A program made the translations under genes and the position numbers. Below, in pieces: positions 42,946 through 54,746 of a DNA stretch of 64,000 nt. The DNA lies in the NCBI RefSeq assembly GCF_006345805.1, contig NC_043002.1, forward strand, positions 34,472,001 through 34,536,000, written 5' to 3'. How positions within the stretch are numbered: the first letter of the stretch is position 1; every line of letters begins with the position of its first letter. The notes beneath the pieces were generated by a model, which made no database searches, had not been told where the DNA came from, and saw nothing but the letters and a program-made list of their open reading frames with translations. The DNA is from Octopus sinensis. Taxonomy: Eukaryota.

Positions 42946-43976
42946 TTAGACCCAATTGTTTCAACAATTTTTCCGTTCAAAAATTCTTCGCCCGACGGCA
43001 TGGTCAAAACTTTATCAGAAGGCATTTTAAAATTGGTTTCCTCATATAGTTTTTTCTTTGGGGTTGGAGAGAAGCCCTTGCACAAGAGAATAAATAATTC
43101 CCCTCCTCAAGAGGGGAATAACGTTCAAAATTCTGCTAAACACGATAAAACAAGGTGTTTTGTTTTAAAAAAACACACAACAAATGAAACAACAGCAAAT
43201 TCAACAATTAAATTAACAATTACCAGCAACTTACAGTATAATACATCAACAGAACGGAGAAATAGCGAATACATTTATTCTAACCACAAGGGGGCAGTAC
43301 AAATGATTCTGGGTATCGAATGTTGTTACACAAAAGTGTATCTAAAAATGTTATGATAATATAAAACGAATGAAGGGACAGACATATCACAACACAGTGG
43401 GGGAACTGTTCCGACTCTGCAAGACACGTTCCACCACTGAACCTTTTGTTTTAACTTTTCCTGGATAGCACTCACGTAGGACCATTCATTCCCAACATGC
43501 AATCCACTTGCATCCACCTTTTACCGAATCTGTCCGATGACAGACACTTCTTTTCTAACCTTATCTTCCCTCGTAGAAGGAAGACAAAAAAGTTGGTCAA
43601 TCCTTGGTCAGAAATGAAAGTGCCTTTCATACGTGCCTGCTCAATCAATAATGTGTTTATTTTAATTTGTTTCTAAATGAAAGTAGAGCTGTGTTGATGG
43701 CGTAGATAATGTACAATCAGTTGTTCTTATTCCATATTTCCCGCAACGATGAACGGCAAAGTCGACTTTGTTTCTATTTATACTCAGAAAAAGTGCTTAT
43801 CCTATTTTCCCTGTTTACACACAAACACACACACACACACACACACACTTACGTACATGAATAATTGGAAATCCTGCTAGGTATATGGATCCAATCGTCC
43901 TTGTAAAGACACACACAAGAAAAGCGTTTTTGAATAATAAAAAAAAAAAAACGTAAATAAACAAGCGTGCACACAC

Positions 43977-44049
43977 TTCTGAAACTCGAAAGCGAACCAG
44001 AGACCTTTAGATCTGCAGTCTAACGCTCTCCCAACTGAGATATCTCGGC
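43977..44049 (-). pseudogene. tRNA-Phe-derived pseudogene with GCA (Cys) anticodon
   Basis: Minus strand GCCGAGATATCTCAGTTGGGAGAGCGTTAGACTGCAGATCTAAAGGTCTCTGGTTCGCTTTCGAGTTTCAGAA resembles the canonical metazoan tRNA-Phe(GAA) body with GAA>GCA and stem-breaking changes. Confidence 0.8.
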
Positions 44050-44659
44050 TGGAGTCAATATAATCGACTTAACTCACCCCATCCCGAAATTGCTGGCCTT
44101 GTGTCAATATTTGAAATCGTTATTACAGTGAATGGTGATTGGTTGATTAGCCATTGTTTGTCGTTGTTTAATAAGTGCTTTGCAACAGTGTCTGACTGTC
44201 TCCGTTGCTGTTAGAAATAGCAACCAAATCTCCCTTAAATAAAACTACACCGTCTGAAATAAAGAAAAGACACATTAGATAATGCTGTTGTACTTAACCT
44301 TAAATCAACAAGATGGTCCCGGAAGGAGAGGTCAGCTCCATCAAAGCTGGTTTCTGGCTACCCAACAATTCTACTGCCGGCATAATCATTTCAATTGATT
44401 AATTTATTAAAGAATGAACATATATTATTACAGCCATTCTCTCTCTTCCTCTTCTTTCTGTCTTTCTTTTTGTCTGTCTCTTTCGCTTCCTCTCTCTCTT
44501 TTATATATTTTTCTCTCTCTAGTTTCACCTCAGAGCTGCGGCCATGCTGATGCATCGCCGTTTAATATATATATATATACATACACATACATGTGTGTTT
44601 GTGTTTGACGAACTGTACAGCTTCCATCCAACAAAGTTTAATCACAGTGTATCGCAGTG

Positions 44660-45950
44660 TGTTCGAACATGGAACCGCGTGGATGCAAAGCGAACTTGTT
44701 ATATACGCAACCACAAAAGCTTTTCTCGATGCGTGCTCGTAAAGCTCTACCGCAGCTCGGGCTCTGGTGGTCTTCTAGGACTGAAGACAAGGAGTTGGCT
44801 ATGGATTTTCGCAGGTCGCGTTTTTGTGCTCCTGCGATCCTATTCTGTTTGTATGTGGTACCCTTGCCGGCTCAGTTTCACCATGAAGGGTGGGCTTGTT
44901 CTTGCATTTCCCAAGGGTCGGGGTAAATATCAAAGCACTTCAGTGAGGCTTTGAAGCCCTTTTTTTCTTATCACCTTGCGTACGCTTTCCTTCCGCCAGT
45001 TCGTTGGGAAACAGTTTTTTTTTGGAGAGGAAATCGTGCGTCAGTCATTTGAACGAGGTGCCCGGCCCACCGGATCTACTCTCTCCTCAACACCTCGGCA
45101 GACAACCTCCTTGTCTGGGACCTTATCTTGCCAGGGGATTTTCAACAGCATTCTCAGACAGTTCATGTGGAAGTTGTTTGGTGCAGCATTTATAAACTGC
45201 CCACTTCTCACAGGCATACAGTAGTGTAGGGAGTACAACTGCTTGGTGCACCTTTGCTTGGTAGCCAGCGTCATGGCTGTCTTTTCCTAACAGCCATCCA
45301 AGTGCTGAAATACCCTTTGCGATATGTGTGTTGGCTTCATTATCAATGTTCTCAGAACTGGAATGTGTGCTGCTGAGGTGCATGAACTTACTAACAACCT
45401 TCAGGGTTTCCCTCTCCGGCAGGGACAGTTGGTTTAACACGTTGCATTTGTTGGGCAGGTTGGTGCATAGGCTCTGTCTTTTGAGTACTGATCATAAGGC
45501 CAAAGTTGTTGCAGGCAATGGGAAACAGTTAATACTCTGTTGCATCTGAGCCTCAGTGGCAGTGTTGCGTGTGCAATCATCTGCAATCAGGACGTCATGC
45601 ACTGAGTCTTCTCTCACCTTGTTATTCGCCTGTAGTCTTCGTAGGCTGAAGAGTCTGCCATCGGTCCTGAATCTGATCTTGGCTCTGGTTTCATCGATGT
45701 TGTGGAAAGCATCTGACATCATGGTCGAGAACATCGTGCTAAACTGCATAGGTGCGAGTACACAGCCCTACTTCACTCAGTGACTGGGAATGCGTCAGAA
45801 GAATCTCCACGGCCCAGCACCCAAGTGAGCATGCTATCATGAAACTGTTGCACCAATTTGTCTGGGCAGCCGAACTTTTCCATGATCTTCCAAAGCCCCT
45901 CACGACTGAAGGTGTCACAGACCTCGGTTAAGTCTATAAACGTCATGTAT
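44660..45950 (-). mobile_element. RTE-BovB-like LINE, RT and C-terminal region, degenerate
   Basis: FIDLT...SREGLWKIM.KFGCP; FRTDGRLFSLRRLQA; LIADDC; LKASLK.FDI.PD.WE. Confidence 0.88.
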
Positions 45951-46130
45951 AAGATCCCTGTTCTATTCCTGATATCTCCTGATATCTTCCTGATATCTAT
46001 TGCTGAAATCTTTATATATATAAAACTGAGAATGTGTGTCTGTCTGTCTGTTTCCCTAAAACATGAGAACTACACAACCAATTTCGTTCAAATTTTACAC
46101 ATGCCTTACTTAGGGCCCAAGGAGTGTCAT

Positions 46131-46351
46131 GGGCTCGCTCTGGGCGCCATTGGGCTCACTGTCCAAATCCACGACACCACAGTGGGCGCTATGGCGACCA
46201 GAGCTCGCTCTGGGCGCCATTGGGCTCACTGTCCAAATCCACGACACCACAGTGAGCGCTATGGCGACCAGAGCTCAGAGCTCGCTCTGGGCGCCATTGG
46301 GCTCACTGTCCAAGGCCACGACACCACAGAGAGCGCTATGGCGACCAGAGC
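46131..46351 (+). repeat. Three GC-rich 70-bp tandem units, each a long hairpin, inside a Helitron-like element end
   Basis: Units 46131-46200, 46201-46270, 46278-46347; preceded by TCTTTATATATAAAACTGAGAATGTGTGTCTGTC at ~46009. Confidence 0.9.
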
Positions 46352-46364
46352 AATTAAAACAGGC

Positions 46365-47160
46365 AACAACACGGAAACAATCAACAGAAACTACACTTGC
46401 ACTTCGGCAACAATACCAACACTTCCAACTCACACAGACGCAATACCAATTTATTTATTGCCCACCGGGGGCCAAACATAGAAATGGACAGAACAACTAA
46501 TGGGATCAGTGAAATGATATGATTTTACATATAATATGACTTTAAAAATTTTGATACAATAGAAAAAAATTGGAATGGAACTAACAATACAAAAACAATA
46601 CAAATGAAGCGATGATCAGGCCACGCTCCGACCACAAGCCACGATCTACCGCTGGTACCTTTATTTTCTTCTTTTTTTTTCGTCTATTCATACGGTTCTT
46701 TGCACGCACACCACTCGTGCTACATGCTTCCATCTCTTTTGGAACGTACACTCCAACAGACATCTCTTCTCCAGCCACAGCTTCCTTTTCAAATGAAAAG
46801 AAAAAAAATGATCGTAAATTGTGGCCAGAGATAAAGTTGCCTGTCTTAATTCCTTTTATCCTAGTCTTCCATACTGCATCTTTCGCTATTGCTACAACCG
46901 TGATAAAACAATTCTTACGATCGTTCGTTAAAACTCCCGGTGGGTCAATTTTTATAATTGACTCAGTCGACAGCTGTACTCTTCCTTCGTCGGACAACAG
47001 GTATTCAGCATAAGCCCTTATTTCAGTTATCTCCAGACACTGAACAATAGCGTGAGGGACGGTTTCCCTGTCCCCCACCCCCGGTATCTTGGACAGGTCG
47101 GCGACTGACGCTTACCATGTCTTGCGAGCTTATCCCAAACGGGCAGCCTATGAGTTTGCT
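46365..47160 (-). mobile_element. L1/Tx1-like LINE 3' end (zf-RVT region)
   Basis: LPVWDKLARHG...PTCP...ETVPHAIVQC...IAKDAVWKTR. Confidence 0.75.
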
Positions 47161-47214
47161 GCATTTAAAGAAGTCGTTAGTGCCCTGAATCATTATGTTA
47201 CCGTGTATCAAATA

Positions 47215-47870
47215 TTGCGATTTGGGTTAATTCGTTTGTAATGAAGAAGCTGAAATTGTAAAGTACTAATTTTCATATTTTTTCTGGTTTAGCTCTTAGC
47301 CATCGATATTTTTGTGTAATTCGTTCCCAGATGTATACGACGTATTACAGGTAACTTAGAGAGAAATCTTTTTGCAGTAATAGGTTGACTCCTACCGTAT
47401 AGGGAGTTAAAGAACCCTTCTCCGACATTTCCTGTGATACCAAGATTTCTTAAATTATGATAGAGGATTCCATGATCAGTCTTGTCAAACGCCTTAATAA
47501 TATCAAGGTTTTAACAGTCAATGATCTTTCCTCTTAAGAGATTATTAGAGGTAGTGTTATGATGTTGTAAGCATTGTGACAGGCAACTTCGTTCAGTCCG
47601 AAACCTATTCCGAGTGTCATCTAAGTTGTTTTCCCTCAGGTATGTTATTACTTTTTGTCTTCGGACAAGGCATTGGATAATTTTAGATGTGTAAGACGTG
47701 AGGGAAACAGGTCTGTAATTTTTAGCTTCAGCACTGCTACCTTCTTTGTACCTATATAGGTTTTATTATAGCTTCTTTCAATAGTCTCGGGAATATGAAG
47801 GTATCTGGCGACTTTTGAAATAGTACCTTTAATGATTTCATGAGGCGGTTTTTGCACGTTTTTTAGCTAT
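47215..47870 (-). mobile_element. CR1/Jockey-like RT fragment
   Basis: DIIKAFDKTDHGILYHNLRNLGITG on the minus strand (~47420-47510). Confidence 0.7.
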
Positions 47871-48099
47871 ATAACTAGAATACTATCTGGTACAGATGCT
47901 GAGTTTGAGTCTAAATCATTAATAGCCGCAAGTATATCAACTTCCATGATATTAATTTTAAGTTGTGTCTCTGCACTTGAGTTGTGGGATCAAAGAATTC
48001 GCTTGGATTATGCACGGGGCTGCGATACGGACGGAGAATACAGCCTTCCGCCTGTTGAAATGAAAGTGTCGGGGATAAAGTTTGCGATCATGTCCACGA

Positions 48100-48590
48100 A
48101 GACCTCTATCCGGCGCTGGGGTGAAAATCTTCGCAAATGGTAAGTTTACATGTCCGTTGAAGATGTTGAAAGCCGGATGAGATCTTCCTGCATCCTCCGT
48201 CGTTCGAGTGAAGGCAATGCCAGCCGTTGAGGATGTTCCTCTTACGCAAGCTTAGACAAGCCCGCGCCCATTCGGGTTGCCAAGTGTTGAACCCGTTCCA
48301 GGTGTTGAATGTCTTTCTGGAGATATGGGTTTGAGTTATGGATGCAATATTCGAGGATGGGTCGAACTAGAGTGATATATAGAGGCTAAAAGACGTCCAT
48401 TTGAAAGGATCGGTGGATGAGGAAAAGATTCCTTCTGGCTTTGCGAAGTACAAAAATACCACGCCCACCAAGTCTTTTTCAGCCATGGTCCTTGTAATCC
48501 ACTCTTCAAGAGGGAGAAGATTTGTTAGGCAAGATCTTCGGGGTAGAAATCCATGCTGCGAGTCGGATATATTTTTGTGCCATATACAGA
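48100..48590 (-). mobile_element. CR1-like RT fragments
   Basis: SQHGFLPRRSCLTNLL...VVFLYFAK and KDIQHLERVQHLATRM...LERRR. Confidence 0.8.
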
Positions 48591-49367
48591 TAATTGGATA
48601 ATGCTTTGGTTGGAAATAGCTGTGGGAATGAATTGAACATTGTGAATAAAGACAAAGTCGAATGTTATTTTCCCCTAATTGGACGGGTAATGATGTATGG
48701 GAAAGTCTTTTGTTGTATCGAGGAAAGCGTTCGTATCCCTCCACTTCAGTTGCTTAGCTCCAGGCTGGATATAATCCTCGGACCAGCTAAGATTAATAAA
48801 ATTAAAGACCCCTGTTAAAAGCATATTAGCCCGTATGCTGGCCTCATCTAGGGTTAGACTTATGAGCGAAAAAAGCACCTCTTCGTGGTGAATCGCTAGG
48901 TAATGCTTTTAATATCATTTCCTTTTTATATAGATTAGTCTGAAATTGTCGAATATATTTCTTCGCAAATTAGGTAATTTCGGAGTCGGTCTGCAATCAT
49001 TTAAATGTTTCCTTTCAAAATCTTTTAAAATTTTTTTTTTCTTAAACTGGTCTAGTATTTCGAATGAGCAATAAATATCAAGGTATTTAACAATGAGCAT
49101 TAAATATCAAACAAAAATAAATCATTTTGTTCCCTTGTCAAACTTTGGACCTAACAACCTAAATGAGGAAACCGATATGACTGAAAGAATTTTAAAAGGA
49201 CTTTTAAAAGGTCAAACAGTCGAATCCATTCAACCATGTCGTCAGTCTTTAGCGACATCAACTACTAAGAGAACAGCATTAGCGGCTGTCTTCAAGAAAC
49301 CAAGTATGAAGAGTAGCTGGTCATGCTTGTCGTTCTTGTTGTTTGCTGCTACTGTTGTTGTCACATA

Positions 49368-50270
49368 AAAAGAGATGAAAGAGGCAGTGGTATACGAAGT
49401 GAGAAAGGAGGAAGAAGAAAGGCGGAATGTACATTTGGTGCAATGCAGTCAACAGGGACAGTGCCTGAGATGGGAGGAATATGTGATCAACCGCAGAATA
49501 TCATGGAAGGAACTTTGGGCTTGGGAACAAGCAAGAACATCCTTCCTGATCAAGTCTATCTTCGACGTTTTACCCTCACCGGCGAACTTAGTCCGGTGGA
49601 ACATAAACAAAACCGATGAGTGTAGATGCGGAGAGAAAGCGACGGTTAGACATGTTCTGTCCAGTTGCAGACTAGCACTTGAAAGATATACATGGCGGCA
49701 TAATAAAGTCCTCGGTGTCATAAGCGCAGCACTCAAGGAGAAGATCGAGAGGTACAATAGGGGAAAATACCCAAAAGTAGAAAAGCGCAGGAAAGTATAC
49801 TTCCACAAGGAAGGAAAAGGTTATAAAACCAGGCCTACAAGTAAAGTATACGAGATGGACGAAAGATGGGAGGGATACTGGGAGGTGGCCACGGACTTGG
49901 AAAGACAAGTAGTATTTCGACTAATAAAAACAACAAAAAGACCGGATTTAGTTCTATGGAACAGAGACCGGAGAATGGGAATTTTACTAGAACTGACAGT
50001 ACCTTGAGAAGAGAACATCGGCAACGCAGAGGAACGAAAGGAGAAGTATGAAAAGCTAATCGAAGAAAGCAGAGAACAGGGATGGAATGTCGAATATTAT
50101 CACCTGGCAGTTGGGGCTAGAGGGTTAATTGAAAAGAAAATGACAACGCTTTTCAAAAGAAGATTTGTTTTTTCTAGCCCCTAGCTGCGTAAACTAATAA
50201 GGAGAGTACAGGAGGCGGTCGAAAAAGTCAGCTTCTATATATGGCTGAAGCGGGAAGACCGATGGGAAAT
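49368..50270 (+). mobile_element. 3' portion of HERO/NeSL-like RLE retrotransposon (CCHC knuckle plus RLE)
   Basis: ORF 49375-50007 QQGQCLRWE...CRCGEKATVRHVLSSC...RYTWRHNKVL...KRPDLVLW...LELTVP, then stop and EENIGNAEERKEEKY...VGARG. Confidence 0.88.
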
Positions 50271-50313
50271 AACATCATTAGGTGAGACAAGCTGACTGAA
50301 TCAGCTTCGCTGA

Positions 50314-50525
50314 CTGACAAGTGACGGTCGTTTAGAAACAGCGCGGGCTAAAACTACGCGCCCTTCACTAGTCAGTTAATGTGAGACTGTGTCACATGAC
50401 AACTTGCTGGAGCTGCCTGCTGACAGGTGACGGTCGTTTAGAAAAAGCGCGGGCTAAAACTACGCGCCCTTCACTAGTCAGTTAATGTGAGACTGTGTCA
50501 CGTGACAACTTGCTGGGGCTGCCTG
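50314..50525 (+). repeat. Two 106-bp tandem repeats, each with an E-box palindrome
   Basis: Units 50314-50419 and 50420-50525 differ at only a few positions; TGTCACATGACA at 50390 and TGTCACGTGACA at 50496. Confidence 0.9.
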
Positions 50526-50544
50526 CTGGAGCCTATGCGGCAGG

Positions 50545-50579
50545 TATTTAAAGGGAGAAATTTGACAAGACAGTCAGTC
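50545..50579 (+). promoter_or_regulatory. Candidate Pol II core promoter: TATTTAAA plus TCAGTC initiator
   Basis: TATTTAAA at 50545-50552; TCAGTC at 50574-50579 (A is 31 nt after the first T), upstream of the ORF1-like reading frame. Confidence 0.55.
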
Positions 50580-50659
50580 ACCGGCTGACACTCGCTGTCA
50601 CTTGTTCATTTATTCATCGATGCTCAGAAACTGTTTATTGTGAGTTGCTTAGTTTTTGA

Positions 50660-51869
50660 TTGTTGAATTTGTTATTGTTGAGCGTTTCGGTGTGGGGATT
50701 TTGGTTGTCTGTCTGTGTTGGGACGGACAAGGGGAAAATGGACTGCCCCTCCATAACGGGAAGGATGGCCGGGAGAAGTTTGTTTGAAAGTTTGTCGGAG
50801 TTGTCGACGTCCGAGGAGGAGCTGGAAGGAGCAGTGAAAGGAATGGATGGGAAGCTTGGTAATGCGTATGCAGGAGTGGCGAGGAGGAGGTCGGAAGAAA
50901 AGGAGGTGGACCTGGTTAAACTGCCGGGCTTCCAGGAATTTGTGGAGGAGGAGGACGGCGAAGTCGAGCTGTCACCACCAACAAGGCGTGGTGAGTGGTT
51001 CGATCACGGGACCGTCAAGTGTAGAGTGTATGCAAGCGGAAGGAAAAGAATTGAAGTAGTGGGCATGGAAATTGTTGAGGAAGCGCTGAAACAAACAGAG
51101 GAGGAAGTTGTGTGTTTGACAAGAGGGATGGAATGCGGTACAGTGACGGTTCGATATGGGAGCGAGAGCGTCGCAAGAGGGGTGGCAGCCGGGGCAGTAA
51201 CAGCGGAGTAACCTGCTGCCTTCGTACTTAAACGGGAAAACCACGCGAGTCGGGGTGGAGGGAGTGCCCCCACACCTAGAGGGCAAATATATGGCAGCAG
51301 CTGTGATTGGAGGGAATGAGAAGAAGGTGGATATCCTCCTTGCCACCATAAAATATGAAGGCTGGAGGGGTGCTACCCTGGATATGAGCGTACAGGCGGA
51401 GACCGAAACGCTGGAATTGTTAACAGAAAATATAAGAATGGGTACCATCATCATGAGAGTGTGGGTGGAAGGCAGAGCCCCGCGCTGTTATAAGTGTGGC
51501 CTGAGAAGTCACATAAGAGTCAACTATCCTCCCCCACCAAAGGAAAAGGAAATTGTTACGGAACCCCAAAAAGAAGAAGAAACTAAAGAAGAGAACCAAA
51601 CAGAAAAGGAAACGACAGAAGAAGAGGAGATCCAGCAAGAGTGGGAAGAAGGAAGGAAAAAAGAAAGAGAAGAAGGAGAAAAGCAAACAGTACGGAACCC
51701 CAATCCACCCCAACACCATCCGCACCCTCTGAGTCCCACCCGTCCCCTGCAGACAGTGAACCCACCCGCTCCCCACCAACAAGAAAACAGAAAAAAGATA
51801 CACACAGCCAAGACACTAAAAAAGAACCTGGGCCCAACATTTTATGTATTGCAGGGAAAGAGGAAATAA
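50660..51869 (+). pseudogene. L1/Tx1-type ORF1 (gag-like) with one frameshift near 51205-51210 and a degenerate zinc knuckle
   Basis: ORF 50660-51211 and the frame carrying 51255-51869 join across a frameshift; LLPSYLNGKTTRVGVEGVPP...RVWVEGRAPRCYKCGLRSHIRVNYP (CX2CX4HX4C with last C>Y), Glu/Lys-rich tail; no ORF2 follows. Confidence 0.72.
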
Positions 51870-53367
51870 AAAAGACAATGACGGACTACCAATGGTGTGA
51901 TAGGGGAGGGAAACGATGTGCAGTAATTCCAAAGGAACAAGTATATGAGTTTATGGAAAGGTGCGAAAAGAAGGACTGGGGAATATCTAAAGGGAACATG
52001 GATGAAGAGACGGTGAAGGAATTGGAAGAGTGGTTCGGGAGAAGGATAGAGATGAAGGCATATTGCATTGGGACTGAGCAAGGAAGGTTTGTTTGGGACT
52101 GACGACTGAAGGACAGGTAAGTGATGCTAGCGGATGGGGCCGTTAGCATCACTTTTATATATCATTTTCATAATTCATTTACCCATATTTATGTAATTGT
52201 GATGTTTTGTGTTCCCAATGTTTGTACTCTCCATTCTGTGTCGCCCTCTATGGGTAATAAAGAAACACAGTCACCGGCTGATACTCGCTGATGATACATC
52301 GAAGAGGCCAGGGAACAGAAGAAAGAAGACATGCACCCAACACCAGAGCTGAAGACACCTCCGAAAGGAGTTGCCTCGCCACGTCAAAATAGTAGAGGAG
52401 TAGGGGCTGAAACCGGACGTGGTTCCTCCTGATGATGTCTTGAGCTAACTGGATCTTATAAAGGAGCTGTTGTGGTATCAGACCACGAAGCACGGTTGTA
52501 ATTCCTTTTTTTCTCTTGACGCTACTTTGCTTCAGAAGTTGGTCAGTCATAAATTCCCTTGGGAATTTTAAGCCCAGCTTCATCACTTTTATTTTTTATT
52601 TTTTTGTTCTTTGTTTTTGCCTTGAAACGAAATCTAGCTTCAAGCATCTTATACAGATAACTTTTGAGACACTATTTTCTGAAACTGGTAATATTATGTA
52701 GGGGGTGCAAATTTTGATCTTGCACCACCTGAAAATTCCAAGGGGTGCAGGTGCACCCGCTGCACCCCCTGTTCCCGAGCCCTTGAAGACAGCGCAATGA
52801 TTTTGATGTCCTGTGTATAAAGTATCCAACGATATGATATTACTGAATTGACGACAATCAGTTTCGTTTAGGCGGAATCAAGTGTTTGTTATTAAAGACC
52901 CAGGTTTCCAACTGTTGAACGGGCTGGTCCAAGTCTGCGTTCCACATCATTTCCAAAGTACAATTGGTGGAAACGATAGCTCCAAGATAAAGAAAATAGT
53001 CAACTGGAATTGACACAAAAACGTGAACCCAGAACTACTTCAATTGGCGTCACTCTATCATCACAAGAATTAACTTCTTTGAAGTCAAAAGAAAAAGAAA
53101 AGTTGAAGAAAAACATTAAAAAAAAAACTACGCTCTCCACCATATTCCAGAATATTTTACGCGAGACTGGCCTTCCCACTCGTTAAGGCCATCAACACGG
53201 AGGAACCACTTAATTGTGAAAAGAAATGAGATTTCTCGGACACAAGAAACGACAAACTACGGCAGCGATATGCTTTTTCACTTCACTTCACAACAAATTA
53301 ACAATTGTCAATAGTAGCTTGGTGCAACATATTTAATCTACCTAAAATTCACTTTCGATAACAGTCA

Positions 53368-53459
53368 GCCCGCATAGCTCAGTCGGTAGAGCATCAGACT
53401 TTTAAGAACTGTAGTGTTATGAAATCTGAGGGTCGCGGGTTCAAGTCCCTCTGTGGGCG
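53368..53459 (+). tRNA. tRNA-Lys(UUU) with 19-nt intron (53405-53423), copy 2
   Basis: Same body as copy 1 except C68T (G5-U68 wobble); intron AGAACTGTAGTGTTATGAA; T6 run just downstream. Confidence 0.9.
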
Positions 53460-53948
53460 ACAAATTTTTTCATGCAATACCATTTTTTTTTTTTTTCTTT
53501 TTCTTAGTCAAACACATTTTCACCTTGCTGCTGTTACAGTTCTCATTCAAAATTTTTCTTTTTTGCTCAATCTTTTCTTGCTGCCCATCACGTTTTCCAG
53601 CTTGGCAATGTCATTCCGGTCATTCGAGATATTTTTACGCTCTTCTATTTCCATTAGCATTCAGTCTTTTGCTCTTTTATTCCTACCGCGCTATGTCATC
53701 ATCTTCGGCCACAGTCTAATGACTGAAATAAGTAAAATTCAATCATTGTATCAAGTAAATTAACTGACTGGCAATTCTGTGAAGCATGGATACAGATCTC
53801 TGACTAAAGTTTTCATCTACAAAGAAACGTATATTTACATCGTACTAGATCAATTTCAGCCATCTAAAATCACACACAATAGCTCCTCTTAAATTTTCAT
53901 GTATTTTCCCCTGGCGTCAAACAAATACACTTCATTGTTGTTCTTATA

Positions 53949-53986
<38 letters not shown>

Positions 53987-54212
53987 TGAGTGTGTGTGTG
54001 TGTGTGTGCGCGTGCGTGCGTGCGCGTGTGTGTGTGTGTGTGTATGTAGTAGTAGTCCACTGTAGTCCACTCATCTGCAATGAGTATTTCTTAAATGGAC
54101 TGGCATCTCATTGAGGAGCATTTGCAGTAATACGGTCACCTACACGCCATAGAGACGAGGTAACCGCCCTTTGAATCCTAGAACTCTCGACAGCAATGTT
54201 CGAGTGGTGATA

Positions 54213-54247
<35 letters not shown>

Positions 54248-54654
54248 AGAGGTGGTAGTGGTGGTGGTGGAGGAGGAGGAAATATTGCGTGATGCAACTG
54301 AAATAACTGATGGCTATATTATACCAGCTGCGTACTGGGGTCGATCTTTTCGACTCGCGCCGTCCACAAAAATGTCGGGCCTTGTGCCTAGAGTAGAAAA
54401 GATTATAATTGAAAGTGAGTAGTGTATATACATTTTGAATGACCAATATGACTTTACCAGGATGGGACTTGATGAGTGAACGAATTGCTATATTAAATAC
54501 CAGTAGTTAATGTGAAGGAATTATTAGTAATCACTACGGTGTGACATAAGATATCAGATGACAGCTCTATACAACAATCGTTTTAGTTAACAAGGAATGT
54601 CTAGCTAAGTCCATAATATTTCATTTGTCTAAAAGTTAAACTGACTTAACGGAA

Positions 54655-54746
54655 GCCCGCATAGCTCAGTCGGTAGAGCATCAGACTTTTAAGAACTGTC
54701 GTGTTATGAAATCTGAGGGTCGCGGGTTCAAGTCCCTCTGCGGGCG
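54655..54746 (+). tRNA. tRNA-Lys(UUU) with 19-nt intron (54692-54710), copy 3, intact
   Basis: Exons identical to copy 1; intron AGAACTGTCGTGTTATGAA; T runs downstream. Confidence 0.92.

Noticed and set aside
42511-43356. Longest ORF (281 aa) as a host gene
   Set aside because: Chimeric: a GC-rich LINE fragment running by chance into unrelated AT-rich repeat sequence
45968-46000. Triple CCTGATATCT repeat
   Set aside because: Short slippage-type duplication at a junction between two elements; nothing supports function
46131-46351. CRISPR-like array
   Set aside because: Units are wholly repeated with no unique spacers; eukaryotic context and no cas genes
52291-52590. ORF 52248-52586 as a second gene of the gag-like element
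   Set aside because: Opposite strand, no recognisable RT or endonuclease motif; origin unresolved
53405-53423. tRNA-Lys copies as SINE heads or as tRNAs with a long variable arm
   Set aside because: The acceptor stem closes, oligo-T follows, and the extra 19 nt lie between positions 37 and 38 rather than in the variable loop
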